Notes under the pieces: generated by a model
Seen by the model: only the letters and a program-made list of their open reading frames with translations
Database searches by the model: none
What the model was told of the DNA's origin: nothing
Made by a program: the position numbers and the translations under genes
Shown: one piece after another, positions 8,493 through 17,040 of the stretch
How the letters are laid out: each line of letters opens with the position of its first letter
Numbering within the stretch: the first letter of the stretch is position 1
Virus record (IMG/VR): IMGVR_UViG_3300031963_000055
From: an uncultured virus (IMG/VR IMGVR_UViG_3300031963_000055)
Lineage: Duplodnaviria; Heunggongvirae; Uroviricota; Caudoviricetes
Strand: one strand, 5' to 3'
Length of the DNA: 64,000 nt

Positions 8493-8944
8493 TGGAAATA
8501 AGAGAAGGAATCAGGTATGAGTATCAAATTGGTAAACTTGCTACAGTTAAAGAATGTCTAGCTGAAAAAAATAAGTTTTTTGCAGAATTTGATGATGGAG
8601 GAACCTGTGCTAGTTACACTAAAGCTTCTTGGGTTAAAGATTTTAAATCAGGTAGTATTAAATTAGTTGAGTATCCTTATAAAGTAGGTGATTGGGTTTA
8701 TGATATTAATAAACATTATACTGAACAAGGAACTCCTCAAATTTGTCAAATTACTGACATTCAAGAAAAAAGAATTTATGTTAATGGAGAATTAAGTAAA
8801 TGGGTATATTTAGACAGTTTTAATGAAAAATACAGACCTTGTTTTAAAGATGAAATACCTGGTAAAGTAGTTAAACCTAAGAAAGAGAAGAAAGAGGATT
8901 ATAGTTACTTAGTAGATTTATTTAGAGAAAGGGGGATTACTTAA
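8492..8944 (+). CDS. Hypothetical protein of the mosaic family
   Basis: YKVGDWV module; tail KEDYSYLVDLFRERGIT. Confidence 0.75.
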   Translation: MEIREGIRYEYQIGKLATVKECLAEKNKFFAEFDDGGTCASYTKASWVKDFKSGSIKLVEYPYKVGDWVYDINKHYTEQGTPQICQITDIQEKRIYVNGELSKWVYLDSFNEKYRPCFKDEIPGKVVKPKKEKKEDYSYLVDLFRERGIT

Positions 8945-10027
8945 ATGGCTAAAAAAGAAGAATGTGTACATTGTGAAACACAAGAACAATGGGATTTTGT
9001 ATCAAAATGTTTTGGTATAGAATTCCACACTAGTTCATTTAAAGAGTATCTTGAAAATGGTACAGTTTGTATATATTGGAAATCAGAAACTTTTTCTGAT
9101 GTAACTTATGCTAAACAATACCATATATTATTAACTTTTACTCAATGGGAAAAATTAACAAATAATTACTTAAATAATAAACAATTAAATAATAAAGGAA
9201 TGATAAAACAAATTAATGAAATTTTAGAGAAAACTTATAGTAATCCAATATTGAGAAGAACTATTGTGCCACTGTTTATGTCTAATCCAGGTGCAGGTAA
9301 ATCTAAGACAATAGCAGCATTTGCTAAGTCTAAAGGTGTTAAAATGGTTAAGATAACTCTTAGTACTAGAATGCCTAATGAAGTAACGGGTATGGTTATG
9401 CCTGACTTAATCAATGATAGAGTAGTACTATTAGATAGTTATCAATTAGCTAATTTAAATCCTGGAGATATTATATTTTTCGATGAAGTATTTAATGGGA
9501 CATTAAAACAAACTTTAGATTCATTTTTAAATTTCTTAGAAGATAGGATGTTACTTTCAGGTAAAAGCTTAGCTGACGTATTAATTGTTGCAGCTAGTAA
9601 CCCTCAAGGATTAATTAATCTTACACCTCAAATCAAAGAACGTTTCATTAGATATGATTTAAAATTTGAAGCATCTGAATATCAAGCTTATTTAAAAGGT
9701 AAATATGGTATGCCTGAGAAGATTTCAGCACACTTATGTACTTTAATTAATAAAGAGAAGTTTGATCAAGCAGGATGGGATTATGTAACTCCTAGAAGTA
9801 TAGAGAAAGCTATTAATCAGTTAGGTTGTGAGATGGAAAGTCCTTATGGTCATATCCTAACTCCTTTCTTAAGTGAAGAAATAATATCTCCAATAGATAT
9901 TACATCTATTAACATTAAACAAGGAGATAATGTACCTTACATTGAACTATTAAAACTAATAGTTAAGAATGAGAATGTAAAAGAGACTGAGAAACAGTTA
10001 CAAGTTAAAGCAGAATTAATTAATTAA
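8945..10027 (+). CDS. MoxR/dynein-related AAA+ ATPase with ~85-aa N-terminal extra module
   Basis: Walker A SNPGAGKS, Walker B IIFFDE, sensor AASNP, Arg finger KERF; alternative internal ATG near 9200. Confidence 0.85.
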   Translation: MAKKEECVHCETQEQWDFVSKCFGIEFHTSSFKEYLENGTVCIYWKSETFSDVTYAKQYHILLTFTQWEKLTNNYLNNKQLNNKGMIKQINEILEKTYSNPILRRTIVPLFMSNPGAGKSKTIAAFAKSKGVKMVKITLSTRMPNEVTGMVMPDLINDRVVLLDSYQLANLNPGDIIFFDEVFNGTLKQTLDSFLNFLEDRMLLSGKSLADVLIVAASNPQGLINLTPQIKERFIRYDLKFEASEYQAYLKGKYGMPEKISAHLCTLINKEKFDQAGWDYVTPRSIEKAINQLGCEMESPYGHILTPFLSEEIISPIDITSINIKQGDNVPYIELLKLIVKNENVKETEKQLQVKAELIN

Positions 10028-10046
10028 CAACCCAAACAAATAACCA

Positions 10047-10991
10047 ATGATTCAAAAAATCGTAAGTCGGAAAGTGGAGTTACCTCCAATCTTTCTAATT
10101 GAGAACGAGGAAGACTTTAAAGCCTTGCCTCGTGGATTACCTTATATTATAGGTAACAAATCAGAGTTATCGTTCATCACGGTATACTTAGAATTTCAAG
10201 TATTATTAAAATCTGCCCTTAAAACTAACTTACCATTAAAGTGGTTAGACTGTTTAAAGAGAATAGGTTATAATCATACTAGTATGAGACAATATCAGTT
10301 GAAATCCGGTGGAGAATATACTGATGGAGGTAGTGGTAATTACAATTTATCAATAGATGACTTTGTAGAAGATCAATACTTTGTAGATTTTGATAAGCTA
10401 TCTGATTTAAAGATTCTTCCAGTATGGTTAGATGATTTAAAACAAGCTATTCAAACTAATATTATTGATGAAGTAATATTTGATCCAGCAGCATTTAATA
10501 AACAATTAGGATTAAATGTTGGAGCTAGCACAGTTAAGCATAATATGAAGAATCTATTAATTTTAGATATTTCATCATCTATGCCTAAATCTGTAGTAAT
10601 TACCATCACACAATTAGCTAAATTAATGTCTAAGAAGTTTTACGCTGATGTAATGTTGACAGGTAGAGAAACCTACTTGATAGATTATGATGATGTACCT
10701 AATTATGACATTGTAGGCTCTGTAGCTAAGTTTGGTGGAGGTAATGAAGGTACTATGTATAAAGAGATTGTTAAAGAACACAAGGAATATAACACAGTAA
10801 TTTCATTTGGTGATGATGATTCTCCAGCTGGATTTAGTGGTTGTACTATCAAAGAGTGTAACTTTAAATGTGAAACTTTATATACATTACATACTGAAAA
10901 GAGTAGTGATAATGTAACTGGTTATGCTAAAGCATTAGAACCTAAGACTACAATCAAAGTTAAAAACTGGATTTCTTCAGTTAACAAGTAG
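10047..10991 (+). CDS. vWA (MIDAS) domain protein, probable MoxR partner
   Basis: LLILDISSSM (DxSxS), GGGNE, ISFGDD; directly follows the AAA+ gene. Confidence 0.8.
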   Translation: MIQKIVSRKVELPPIFLIENEEDFKALPRGLPYIIGNKSELSFITVYLEFQVLLKSALKTNLPLKWLDCLKRIGYNHTSMRQYQLKSGGEYTDGGSGNYNLSIDDFVEDQYFVDFDKLSDLKILPVWLDDLKQAIQTNIIDEVIFDPAAFNKQLGLNVGASTVKHNMKNLLILDISSSMPKSVVITITQLAKLMSKKFYADVMLTGRETYLIDYDDVPNYDIVGSVAKFGGGNEGTMYKEIVKEHKEYNTVISFGDDDSPAGFSGCTIKECNFKCETLYTLHTEKSSDNVTGYAKALEPKTTIKVKNWISSVNK

Positions 10992-11047
10992 TAAATTAAC
11001 AAAAACAAATAACAACTAATAATTAACAATTAAAACAAAAAACCAAC

Positions 11048-11545
11048 ATGGAATTTTTAAAAACATCTGACATCGCATTGAACCCAGCTGGGTATTTAAT
11101 CAACAAAACTACTAAGAAGCCAGTAGATCACAAAGATTTCGTAACTCAACAAAAAGCTGCTGAGTATGTAATTAAGTTAGCTGAGGCTATTAAAGACAAG
11201 AACTTTACAGTAGGTAAAGCAGATAACTTAGAAGAAATTAAAGCTGCTGTAATGGCTTCTATTAATGCTAAGAATGTAAAAGAGTATGCTAAGGCACCTA
11301 CTAAACCAACTAGTAAAATACAAGATGAGTTAACTCAACATGCATTAGATTTTGTAAATTATTATGATAAATCAGCAGAAGCTGAACAAATTAATAAATT
11401 AATGGATCAATTTAGTGCAATTGAAGCTATCGAATCAGTTGGAGATTACTTCTCTGAAGGATTAACTAAACTGAATGCTATCTATTCAATTAAAGAGATT
11501 TTAGCTGCTGTTAAAATCAATGCTGAGAAAATGAAATCAATCTAG
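11048..11545 (+). CDS. Hypothetical helical protein
   Basis: ORF track, strong A-rich leader. Confidence 0.7.
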   Translation: MEFLKTSDIALNPAGYLINKTTKKPVDHKDFVTQQKAAEYVIKLAEAIKDKNFTVGKADNLEEIKAAVMASINAKNVKEYAKAPTKPTSKIQDELTQHALDFVNYYDKSAEAEQINKLMDQFSAIEAIESVGDYFSEGLTKLNAIYSIKEILAAVKINAEKMKSI

Positions 11546-11613
11546 ATAAATTAGGTGCTATTCTGCCGACACAGGGAATAGTTAAATGTGAGTAATGACC
11601 ACAGCCTATTTAT
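11546..11613 (+). ncRNA. Three-way-junction RNA motif, copy 1
   Basis: P1 TAGGT/GCCTA, P2 GCTATTCT/GGAATAGT, linker TAAAT, P3 GTG/CAC, single A; same layout as 21471-21535. Confidence 0.5.
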
Positions 11614-11628
11614 TTTAAAACTAATTAA

Positions 11629-12375
11629 ATGAAAGAACAATTTGAAAATGCAATTACGCTTATTAAAAAGCAAGAAAACTTAAATGCTTGTATTGCAGGT
11701 AGCGCAATGTTAGGATACCAAGAAGACTGGAATCAAGATATTGACATCTTCTGTTATGATGAACAAAGTTTTACAGCATTATTATATTTTATGCATTATA
11801 ATCCAATGTTTAATATATTGGACAAACTAGAATTACACAAATTTAATGAGTATACTCAGAGAAACAAGTCATCATTGGCTAGTATAGGGTTGATAACACT
11901 TAAATTTACTTATAATTTATGTATTCCAATTAATATTGTATTTAAAAAATATCAAAAGAATATCTTTGATGTTTTAAGTGCATTTGATATTGATTTAATA
12001 GCTCAAGGATACTGTTTAAAAACAGGTAAGTACCTTTCATTAAGAGAATCTAAAGATTATGTTGGTACATACAATAGTTGGAATACAAGTTTCCATATAG
12101 TAGATCAATGGTCTTGTAGAAGACTAATTCGACAATTTCTTAGGGTAATTAAATATACAGAAAGAGGGTATGACTTAACTTCTGTAACTGAAAAATATAT
12201 TTCTATGATTCAAGAAATTCTTGATGAAGATAATATTTACAAAACACAAAAAGGTACTGAATTTTATGATAGGACTCAAAAAGAGTTTAGTATTGTTTTA
12301 CAAATACTACAAGTTTGGAAACTTGAACAAAAGATGACACCTGAAAATCAATTAATATTACAAACATTTATTTAA
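11629..12375 (+). CDS. Pol-beta superfamily nucleotidyltransferase
   Basis: IAGS-x10-DIDIF (GS...DxD) signature and downstream FDID motif reminiscent of poly(A)/CCA-type enzymes. Confidence 0.7.
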   Translation: MKEQFENAITLIKKQENLNACIAGSAMLGYQEDWNQDIDIFCYDEQSFTALLYFMHYNPMFNILDKLELHKFNEYTQRNKSSLASIGLITLKFTYNLCIPINIVFKKYQKNIFDVLSAFDIDLIAQGYCLKTGKYLSLRESKDYVGTYNSWNTSFHIVDQWSCRRLIRQFLRVIKYTERGYDLTSVTEKYISMIQEILDEDNIYKTQKGTEFYDRTQKEFSIVLQILQVWKLEQKMTPENQLILQTFI

Positions 12376-12387
12376 TAACAACATAAC

Positions 12388-12570
12388 ATGGGAAGTGAAA
12401 TAGATCGCTTATTGCAAGAATTACAAAATATGAAACATGAAGCTAGCAAACATAATGCTAAAGATGTTTGGGATGGTATATCTCGAAAAAAAGATTGGAG
12501 TGAATTAGGTTTCCAATCAGAAGAAGAATTAAAACAATTTTTAAGTGATAACCCTTATTCCAATATTTAA
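12388..12570 (+). CDS. Hypothetical protein
   Basis: ORF track. Confidence 0.6.
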   Translation: MGSEIDRLLQELQNMKHEASKHNAKDVWDGISRKKDWSELGFQSEEELKQFLSDNPYSNI

Positions 12571-12572
12571 TT

Positions 12573-12824
12573 ATGAGAGATTTTATAAACGAGAATAATA
12601 TTTCATTTGAACAAGGTTCAAGAAATAGCAGTATAGTAACCTTAATAGGTTATGCACAACATAAAGGTTTAACTAAGAATCAATTACTTGATGCATTAGA
12701 ACCTGAGATTAAAGCTGATTCATTCATAGCTCAAGAAGTAGATAGACTTTACAATTATTGTAAAGATAGAAACTATAAAGCTTTTTGGAGCACTGAAGAC
12801 GCTAAAATGCAATATACTTTCTAA
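12573..12824 (+). CDS. PriCT-like small helical protein
   Basis: GSRNSSIVTLIGY...G resembles the G-x-RN motif of primase C-terminal domains. Confidence 0.45.
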   Translation: MRDFINENNISFEQGSRNSSIVTLIGYAQHKGLTKNQLLDALEPEIKADSFIAQEVDRLYNYCKDRNYKAFWSTEDAKMQYTF

Positions 12825-13012
12825 TGAAACAGTTATTATTAAATTGGTTACTTAAAGATATAACTAGATTTGAAGTTATTAACCATAATAGTAATAAGTA
12901 TACTTTTGGTAGATGTTTAGTTCATAGCAAAGGTGTAGGTACAGATTACATAGAGTATGAAGTAAATGCTTCTTTACAAGATGATAATAAAACTTTAAAA
13001 ATATTTATATAA
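12824..13012 (+). CDS. Hypothetical protein
   Basis: ORF track; RFEVI...SLQDDNKTLKIFI. Confidence 0.65.
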   Translation: MKQLLLNWLLKDITRFEVINHNSNKYTFGRCLVHSKGVGTDYIEYEVNASLQDDNKTLKIFI

Positions 13013-13314
13013 TGAAATTAGAACCATTTGATTCAAGAACAGGTATAAATTTTAGAGATGTTGTAAAAGGTAATAATTTTATGACACCTCAAATACTAGG
13101 ATATGTAAATCTTAAAAACGGTATAGCAGAAATATCTACTGGTTCAAAGTTTTTAGATCTAGATATGTTTGGAGTAACTGTAGTAAACTATGGTGTTAAA
13201 TCTAATCAAGATTCTAAATGTTTTAATTCAATGGAAGAAGTTATAAAATATATTGGAGATTTAAATTATGAAAATCATGATGCACTAGTAAATTTATTAA
13301 ATAATTTAAGATGA
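13012..13314 (+). CDS. Hypothetical protein with amphipathic C-terminal tail
   Basis: Tail ENHDALVNLLNNLR. Confidence 0.65.
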   Translation: MKLEPFDSRTGINFRDVVKGNNFMTPQILGYVNLKNGIAEISTGSKFLDLDMFGVTVVNYGVKSNQDSKCFNSMEEVIKYIGDLNYENHDALVNLLNNLR

Positions 13315-13778
13315 AAAGTTTTTTGCTACATAAAAACGTACCTACGATTAAATTTTCAATGCTCCCCGATGGTGTATTTTACGAAGGAGAACTACCTGGA
13401 AAAGATTATAATTTAGCAGTTTGTCCAACAGATGAAAAAATGGTTATCGTGGATATTGATTGTAAGGAAGGTAAAGGTAATGGATATGAGAATATACCAG
13501 ATAATATATTTAAAGAATTAGTTAAAAGTTATAACTATAAAACTAAATCTGGAGGTATGCATGTGTTTTTACATTATACGGGAGATAAAGTTCTTTTAAA
13601 TACTACTTCAAAATTTTCAATTGATTTACGAATTGGTAAAAATAAATCTACAGGTAATAATGGTGGTTATGTACGATGGAATGGTGGAGTAGATCCTAGA
13701 ACAATTGAACATCTAATCAATAATACATCACCTTCATTAAATACTTGGTTAGAAGTCTTGTTTTCAAAAAATGTATAA
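13311..13778 (+). CDS. Stand-alone Prim-Pol (AEP) catalytic domain
   Basis: VIVDIDCK (DxD), TKSGGMH, IDLR, GYV motifs. Confidence 0.8.
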   Translation: MKSFLLHKNVPTIKFSMLPDGVFYEGELPGKDYNLAVCPTDEKMVIVDIDCKEGKGNGYENIPDNIFKELVKSYNYKTKSGGMHVFLHYTGDKVLLNTTSKFSIDLRIGKNKSTGNNGGYVRWNGGVDPRTIEHLINNTSPSLNTWLEVLFSKNV

Positions 13779-13832
13779 ATAACCTTTTAAATATTCCTCT
13801 TATTTTTGTATCTTTATAATAAAAATACAGAT

Positions 13833-14570
13833 ATGAAAATAAGTGGAATAGGGTTTATTTATATGATTACCAACCCAAAAAGAAAAATTTATATAGGGTC
13901 TACAATTGATTTTGATTATAGATTTTCTCAATATAAGAGATTACATTGTAAGGGACAAACAAAATTATATAGAAGTTTATCTAAATATGGTTATGAAAAC
14001 CATGCTTTTGATGTAATTTGGGCTGGTCCTATTGAAGAGATGTATAAATATGAAACTATGATTGGATGGGGATTTAATGCGCTAGAAAAAGAAGAGGGGT
14101 TAAATTGTAAATTACCTAAATTTGGAGATACTTATAGTGTTTTTAGTGATGAAATTAGACTTAAAATTAGTACATCTAATAAAGGATTTAAACATTCAAA
14201 AGAGACGAGAGAAAACATGAGTAGGGCAGGTAAAGGTCGGATTTTTACAGAAGAACATCGTAAAAATATAAGTAATGCTTTTAAAGGACGAAAATTACCT
14301 CAAAAACATATAGATATACTTATAGCTTGTCATAAAGGAAAAAAGCAAACTCTACAACATAAAAATAATGCTACCAAAGCAAGAATGAAACCAGTATTAC
14401 AATATGATTTAAATATGAATTTTATAAAAGAATGGGAAAGTATTAAAACAGCAGCATTAGAATTAAACATCAATAGTCAAAGTATTGGTTGTTGTTGTAG
14501 AAATAAATCAAAAAAAGCCGGAAATTTTAAATGGGAATTTAAATTATTTCAAGGAGTTAAAGTATTATAA
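13833..14570 (+). CDS. Free-standing GIY-YIG homing endonuclease with NUMOD3/NUMOD1-like modules (likely start ATG 13833)
   Basis: GFIY...IYIGST...R; HSKETRENMS repeats; KPVLQYDL...IKEWESIKTAA...CC C-terminus. Confidence 0.85.
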   Translation: MKISGIGFIYMITNPKRKIYIGSTIDFDYRFSQYKRLHCKGQTKLYRSLSKYGYENHAFDVIWAGPIEEMYKYETMIGWGFNALEKEEGLNCKLPKFGDTYSVFSDEIRLKISTSNKGFKHSKETRENMSRAGKGRIFTEEHRKNISNAFKGRKLPQKHIDILIACHKGKKQTLQHKNNATKARMKPVLQYDLNMNFIKEWESIKTAALELNINSQSIGCCCRNKSKKAGNFKWEFKLFQGVKVL

Positions 14571-14571
14571 C

Positions 14572-14865
14572 ATGACAGAAAAATCTACATTCCCATATAA
14601 TAATTGGTATTTAAACTTTACTGAAGAACAAAGACCAATTGTAGATAATTGGAGAATTAATATTATTAAATTTTCAGATAAACCTTGTCCTTCTAATTAT
14701 ATAAATTGGGAAGGGACTCGGTGCTGGCTGGGGGGGTGGGTGGTTTCTATAACTTTTGACCAATTCAAAGAACATGTATTAGGTATTAAACTAGCTCCTG
14801 TTATCGAAGAACCACAAGATTACACCTACTTAATAGAATTTTTAAATAATAAACAAATAATATGA
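14572..14865 (+). CDS. Hypothetical protein of the mosaic family (likely start ATG 14572)
   Basis: ITFDQFKEHVLG module; tail QDYTYLIEFLNNKQII; contains G-rich island. Confidence 0.7.
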   Translation: MTEKSTFPYNNWYLNFTEEQRPIVDNWRINIIKFSDKPCPSNYINWEGTRCWLGGWVVSITFDQFKEHVLGIKLAPVIEEPQDYTYLIEFLNNKQII

Positions 14866-15134
14866 CAGAAAATTTAAATTTTGGACAAGCTGTTGAAGCT
14901 GCCAAACAAGGTAAAAAAGTAGCTAGAACTGGATGGAATGGTTCAGGTATGTTTGCATACATTGTGCCAGCTAATGCTTATCCAGCAAGCACACAAGTGA
15001 TGAAAGATTATTTTAAAGGTGAGTTAGTTCCTTATCGTGCTTATTGGGCTTTAAAAACAACGCAAGAAGATATTGCAACTTGGACACCAAGCGGAAGTGA
15101 TACGTTAGCAGAAGATTGGATAATATTAAATTAA
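14862..15134 (+). CDS. DUF2829 / Tad2-like anti-defence sponge candidate
   Basis: NFGQAVEAAKQGKKVARTGWNGSGM...PY...KT...W.PS..D.LAEDW pattern. Confidence 0.75.
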   Translation: MTENLNFGQAVEAAKQGKKVARTGWNGSGMFAYIVPANAYPASTQVMKDYFKGELVPYRAYWALKTTQEDIATWTPSGSDTLAEDWIILN

Positions 15135-15156
15135 TAAACAAATAAAATAAATAAAC

Positions 15157-15360
15157 ATGGAAACAACAAATTTAAACACACCTAACACACCTAAAACTAT
15201 TTCTAAATCAGAATTAACTACTATGGTTAATAATGGTGCTAAGAAAGAAACTATTGCAACTTATTATGGTTTAAATGTAGCTCAAACTACTAAACTATTA
15301 AAAGATTGTAATTTGACTATTCGTAAGTTTCACAAACCATCTTACATGATTGTAGACTAA
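15157..15360 (+). CDS. Small HTH-like protein
   Basis: KKETIATYYGLNVAQTTKLL resembles a helix-turn-helix. Confidence 0.55.
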   Translation: METTNLNTPNTPKTISKSELTTMVNNGAKKETIATYYGLNVAQTTKLLKDCNLTIRKFHKPSYMIVD

Positions 15361-15361
15361 T

Positions 15362-16441
15362 ATGACTAAAGATCTTATTCAAGAAAAAGTATTGTCATTA
15401 TTAGAAGATAAAAGTAGAGCTAGTGTAGCATTAAGTGGAGGAACAGGTAAAACCCTTATAGGATTAAAACATATGGCTACAAAGCAATTTGGTCATTGTA
15501 GATTTTTAGTAGTTGCTCCAAAGAAATCTATTTTTCAGTCTTGGAAAGATGACGCTAAAAAGTTTAATCTTGAATATCTTCTTGAAAATATTACATTTTC
15601 TACATATATATCTTTAAATAAGCAAAATCATGATTATGATGGGATATATGTAGATGAGTGTCACTCTTTAAAACTTTCTCATAATGCTTGGTTAAGTAAG
15701 TATCGAGGATATATTATAGGACTAACAGGAACTCCTCCTACAGATTCTAAATCTGAAAGAGGGTTTATGATAGATAAGTATTGTCCTATTATATACTCAT
15801 ATAATACTGATGAGGCAATTGATCATTCTATTTTAAATGACTACAGAATTGTAGTACATTATATTAATTTAGATGGAGAGAAAAATATTAAGGTTGTGAA
15901 ACCTCAAGCTACTTGGATGACAAGTGAATTAGCTGTCTATAATTATTGGACAGGAAGAGTAGATAATTCTATTGGTAAAATGAAGCAGATTGCAGCTATT
16001 CAACGCATGAAGGCAATGCAGGGATTTTTATCAAAGGAATTAAAAGCTCGATATCTTCTTAATAGTATAGGAGAATTTAATAAATGTCTTTGTTTTGCTA
16101 GTACTCAAGAGCAATCAGCTAGAATCTGTACAACAACTTATCATTCAAATAATAAGTTCTCAGATTCAAATTTAGAGTTATTTAAACAAAGTAAATTATT
16201 AAAATTATGTGCTGTAGAGCAACTATCAGAAGGAATTAATATACCTAATCTTAAATATGGAATAATACTACACTCTTACGGCAATGAGAGAAAAGCTAGT
16301 CAAAAGATATTTAGGTTTCTTAGGTTAAATCCTAATGATTGTAGTACTATACACATACTATGTTATAAAGATACAATTGATGAACAGTGGGTTAAATCTG
16401 CGTTAAGTGGATTTAGACAAGACAAAATTATGTACGTATGA
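15362..16441 (+). CDS. Superfamily 2 helicase
   Basis: GGTGKT, DECH, GLTGT, EGINIP, QKIFRFLR motifs. Confidence 0.9.
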   Translation: MTKDLIQEKVLSLLEDKSRASVALSGGTGKTLIGLKHMATKQFGHCRFLVVAPKKSIFQSWKDDAKKFNLEYLLENITFSTYISLNKQNHDYDGIYVDECHSLKLSHNAWLSKYRGYIIGLTGTPPTDSKSERGFMIDKYCPIIYSYNTDEAIDHSILNDYRIVVHYINLDGEKNIKVVKPQATWMTSELAVYNYWTGRVDNSIGKMKQIAAIQRMKAMQGFLSKELKARYLLNSIGEFNKCLCFASTQEQSARICTTTYHSNNKFSDSNLELFKQSKLLKLCAVEQLSEGINIPNLKYGIILHSYGNERKASQKIFRFLRLNPNDCSTIHILCYKDTIDEQWVKSALSGFRQDKIMYV

Positions 16442-17040
16442 TTGAACAAATTAGTGTAGACTTAACAAAATTATATACTAATAAGCTTAAAATTGAGGAT
16501 TGGTTCGTATTATTTTGTTTAGTTCACAATGAAGAAGAAATGTTAATGAAGTATATTTCTACCACAGGTAGAATAGAAACATTAATATTTCAAAGATTAA
16601 GAGATTCTGGATTTATTATCTTGAAAGATGAATCAAATATTCTATTTAATGAGATTAAAGTAACAGACCAGGCTAAAAATTTATTTAATGTTTCAGATAA
16701 TAAAGAATTTGAAATACTATTTAAAGAACTACTGTCTACTTATCCAAAATCTGTTAAAAGAATTACTGGTGGTACTAGACCACTACATAATGATCTACAA
16801 CGATGTAAAAAATTATATAAATCGACGATAGTGAGTATTGGTTTGGTTAATAAAGAATTACATAAGAAGATATTATTATGTGTGCAAAAATATCACAGAG
16901 ACCATCTTAAAGATAATAAACAAGAATTTATGCAATTATTAGCTACTTACCTTTCTCAAAGAACTTGGGAACAATATCTTGATGAAGTTACTAATCTTGA
17001 AGTATTACCTAAACCAAACACAGACTATGACGCAATTTAA
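16438..17040 (+). CDS. Putative replication initiator/helicase-loader-like protein
   Basis: Lies just before DnaB; FKELLSTYP...ATYLSQRTWE C-terminal pattern. Confidence 0.5.
   Translation: MIEQISVDLTKLYTNKLKIEDWFVLFCLVHNEEEMLMKYISTTGRIETLIFQRLRDSGFIILKDESNILFNEIKVTDQAKNLFNVSDNKEFEILFKELLSTYPKSVKRITGGTRPLHNDLQRCKKLYKSTIVSIGLVNKELHKKILLCVQKYHRDHLKDNKQEFMQLLATYLSQRTWEQYLDEVTNLEVLPKPNTDYDAI

Noticed and set aside
13779..14571. A third group I intron around the free-standing GIY-YIG gene
   Set aside because: No P7 (GACTA/TAGTC) or other core elements, no room for a ribozyme, and flanking genes look complete
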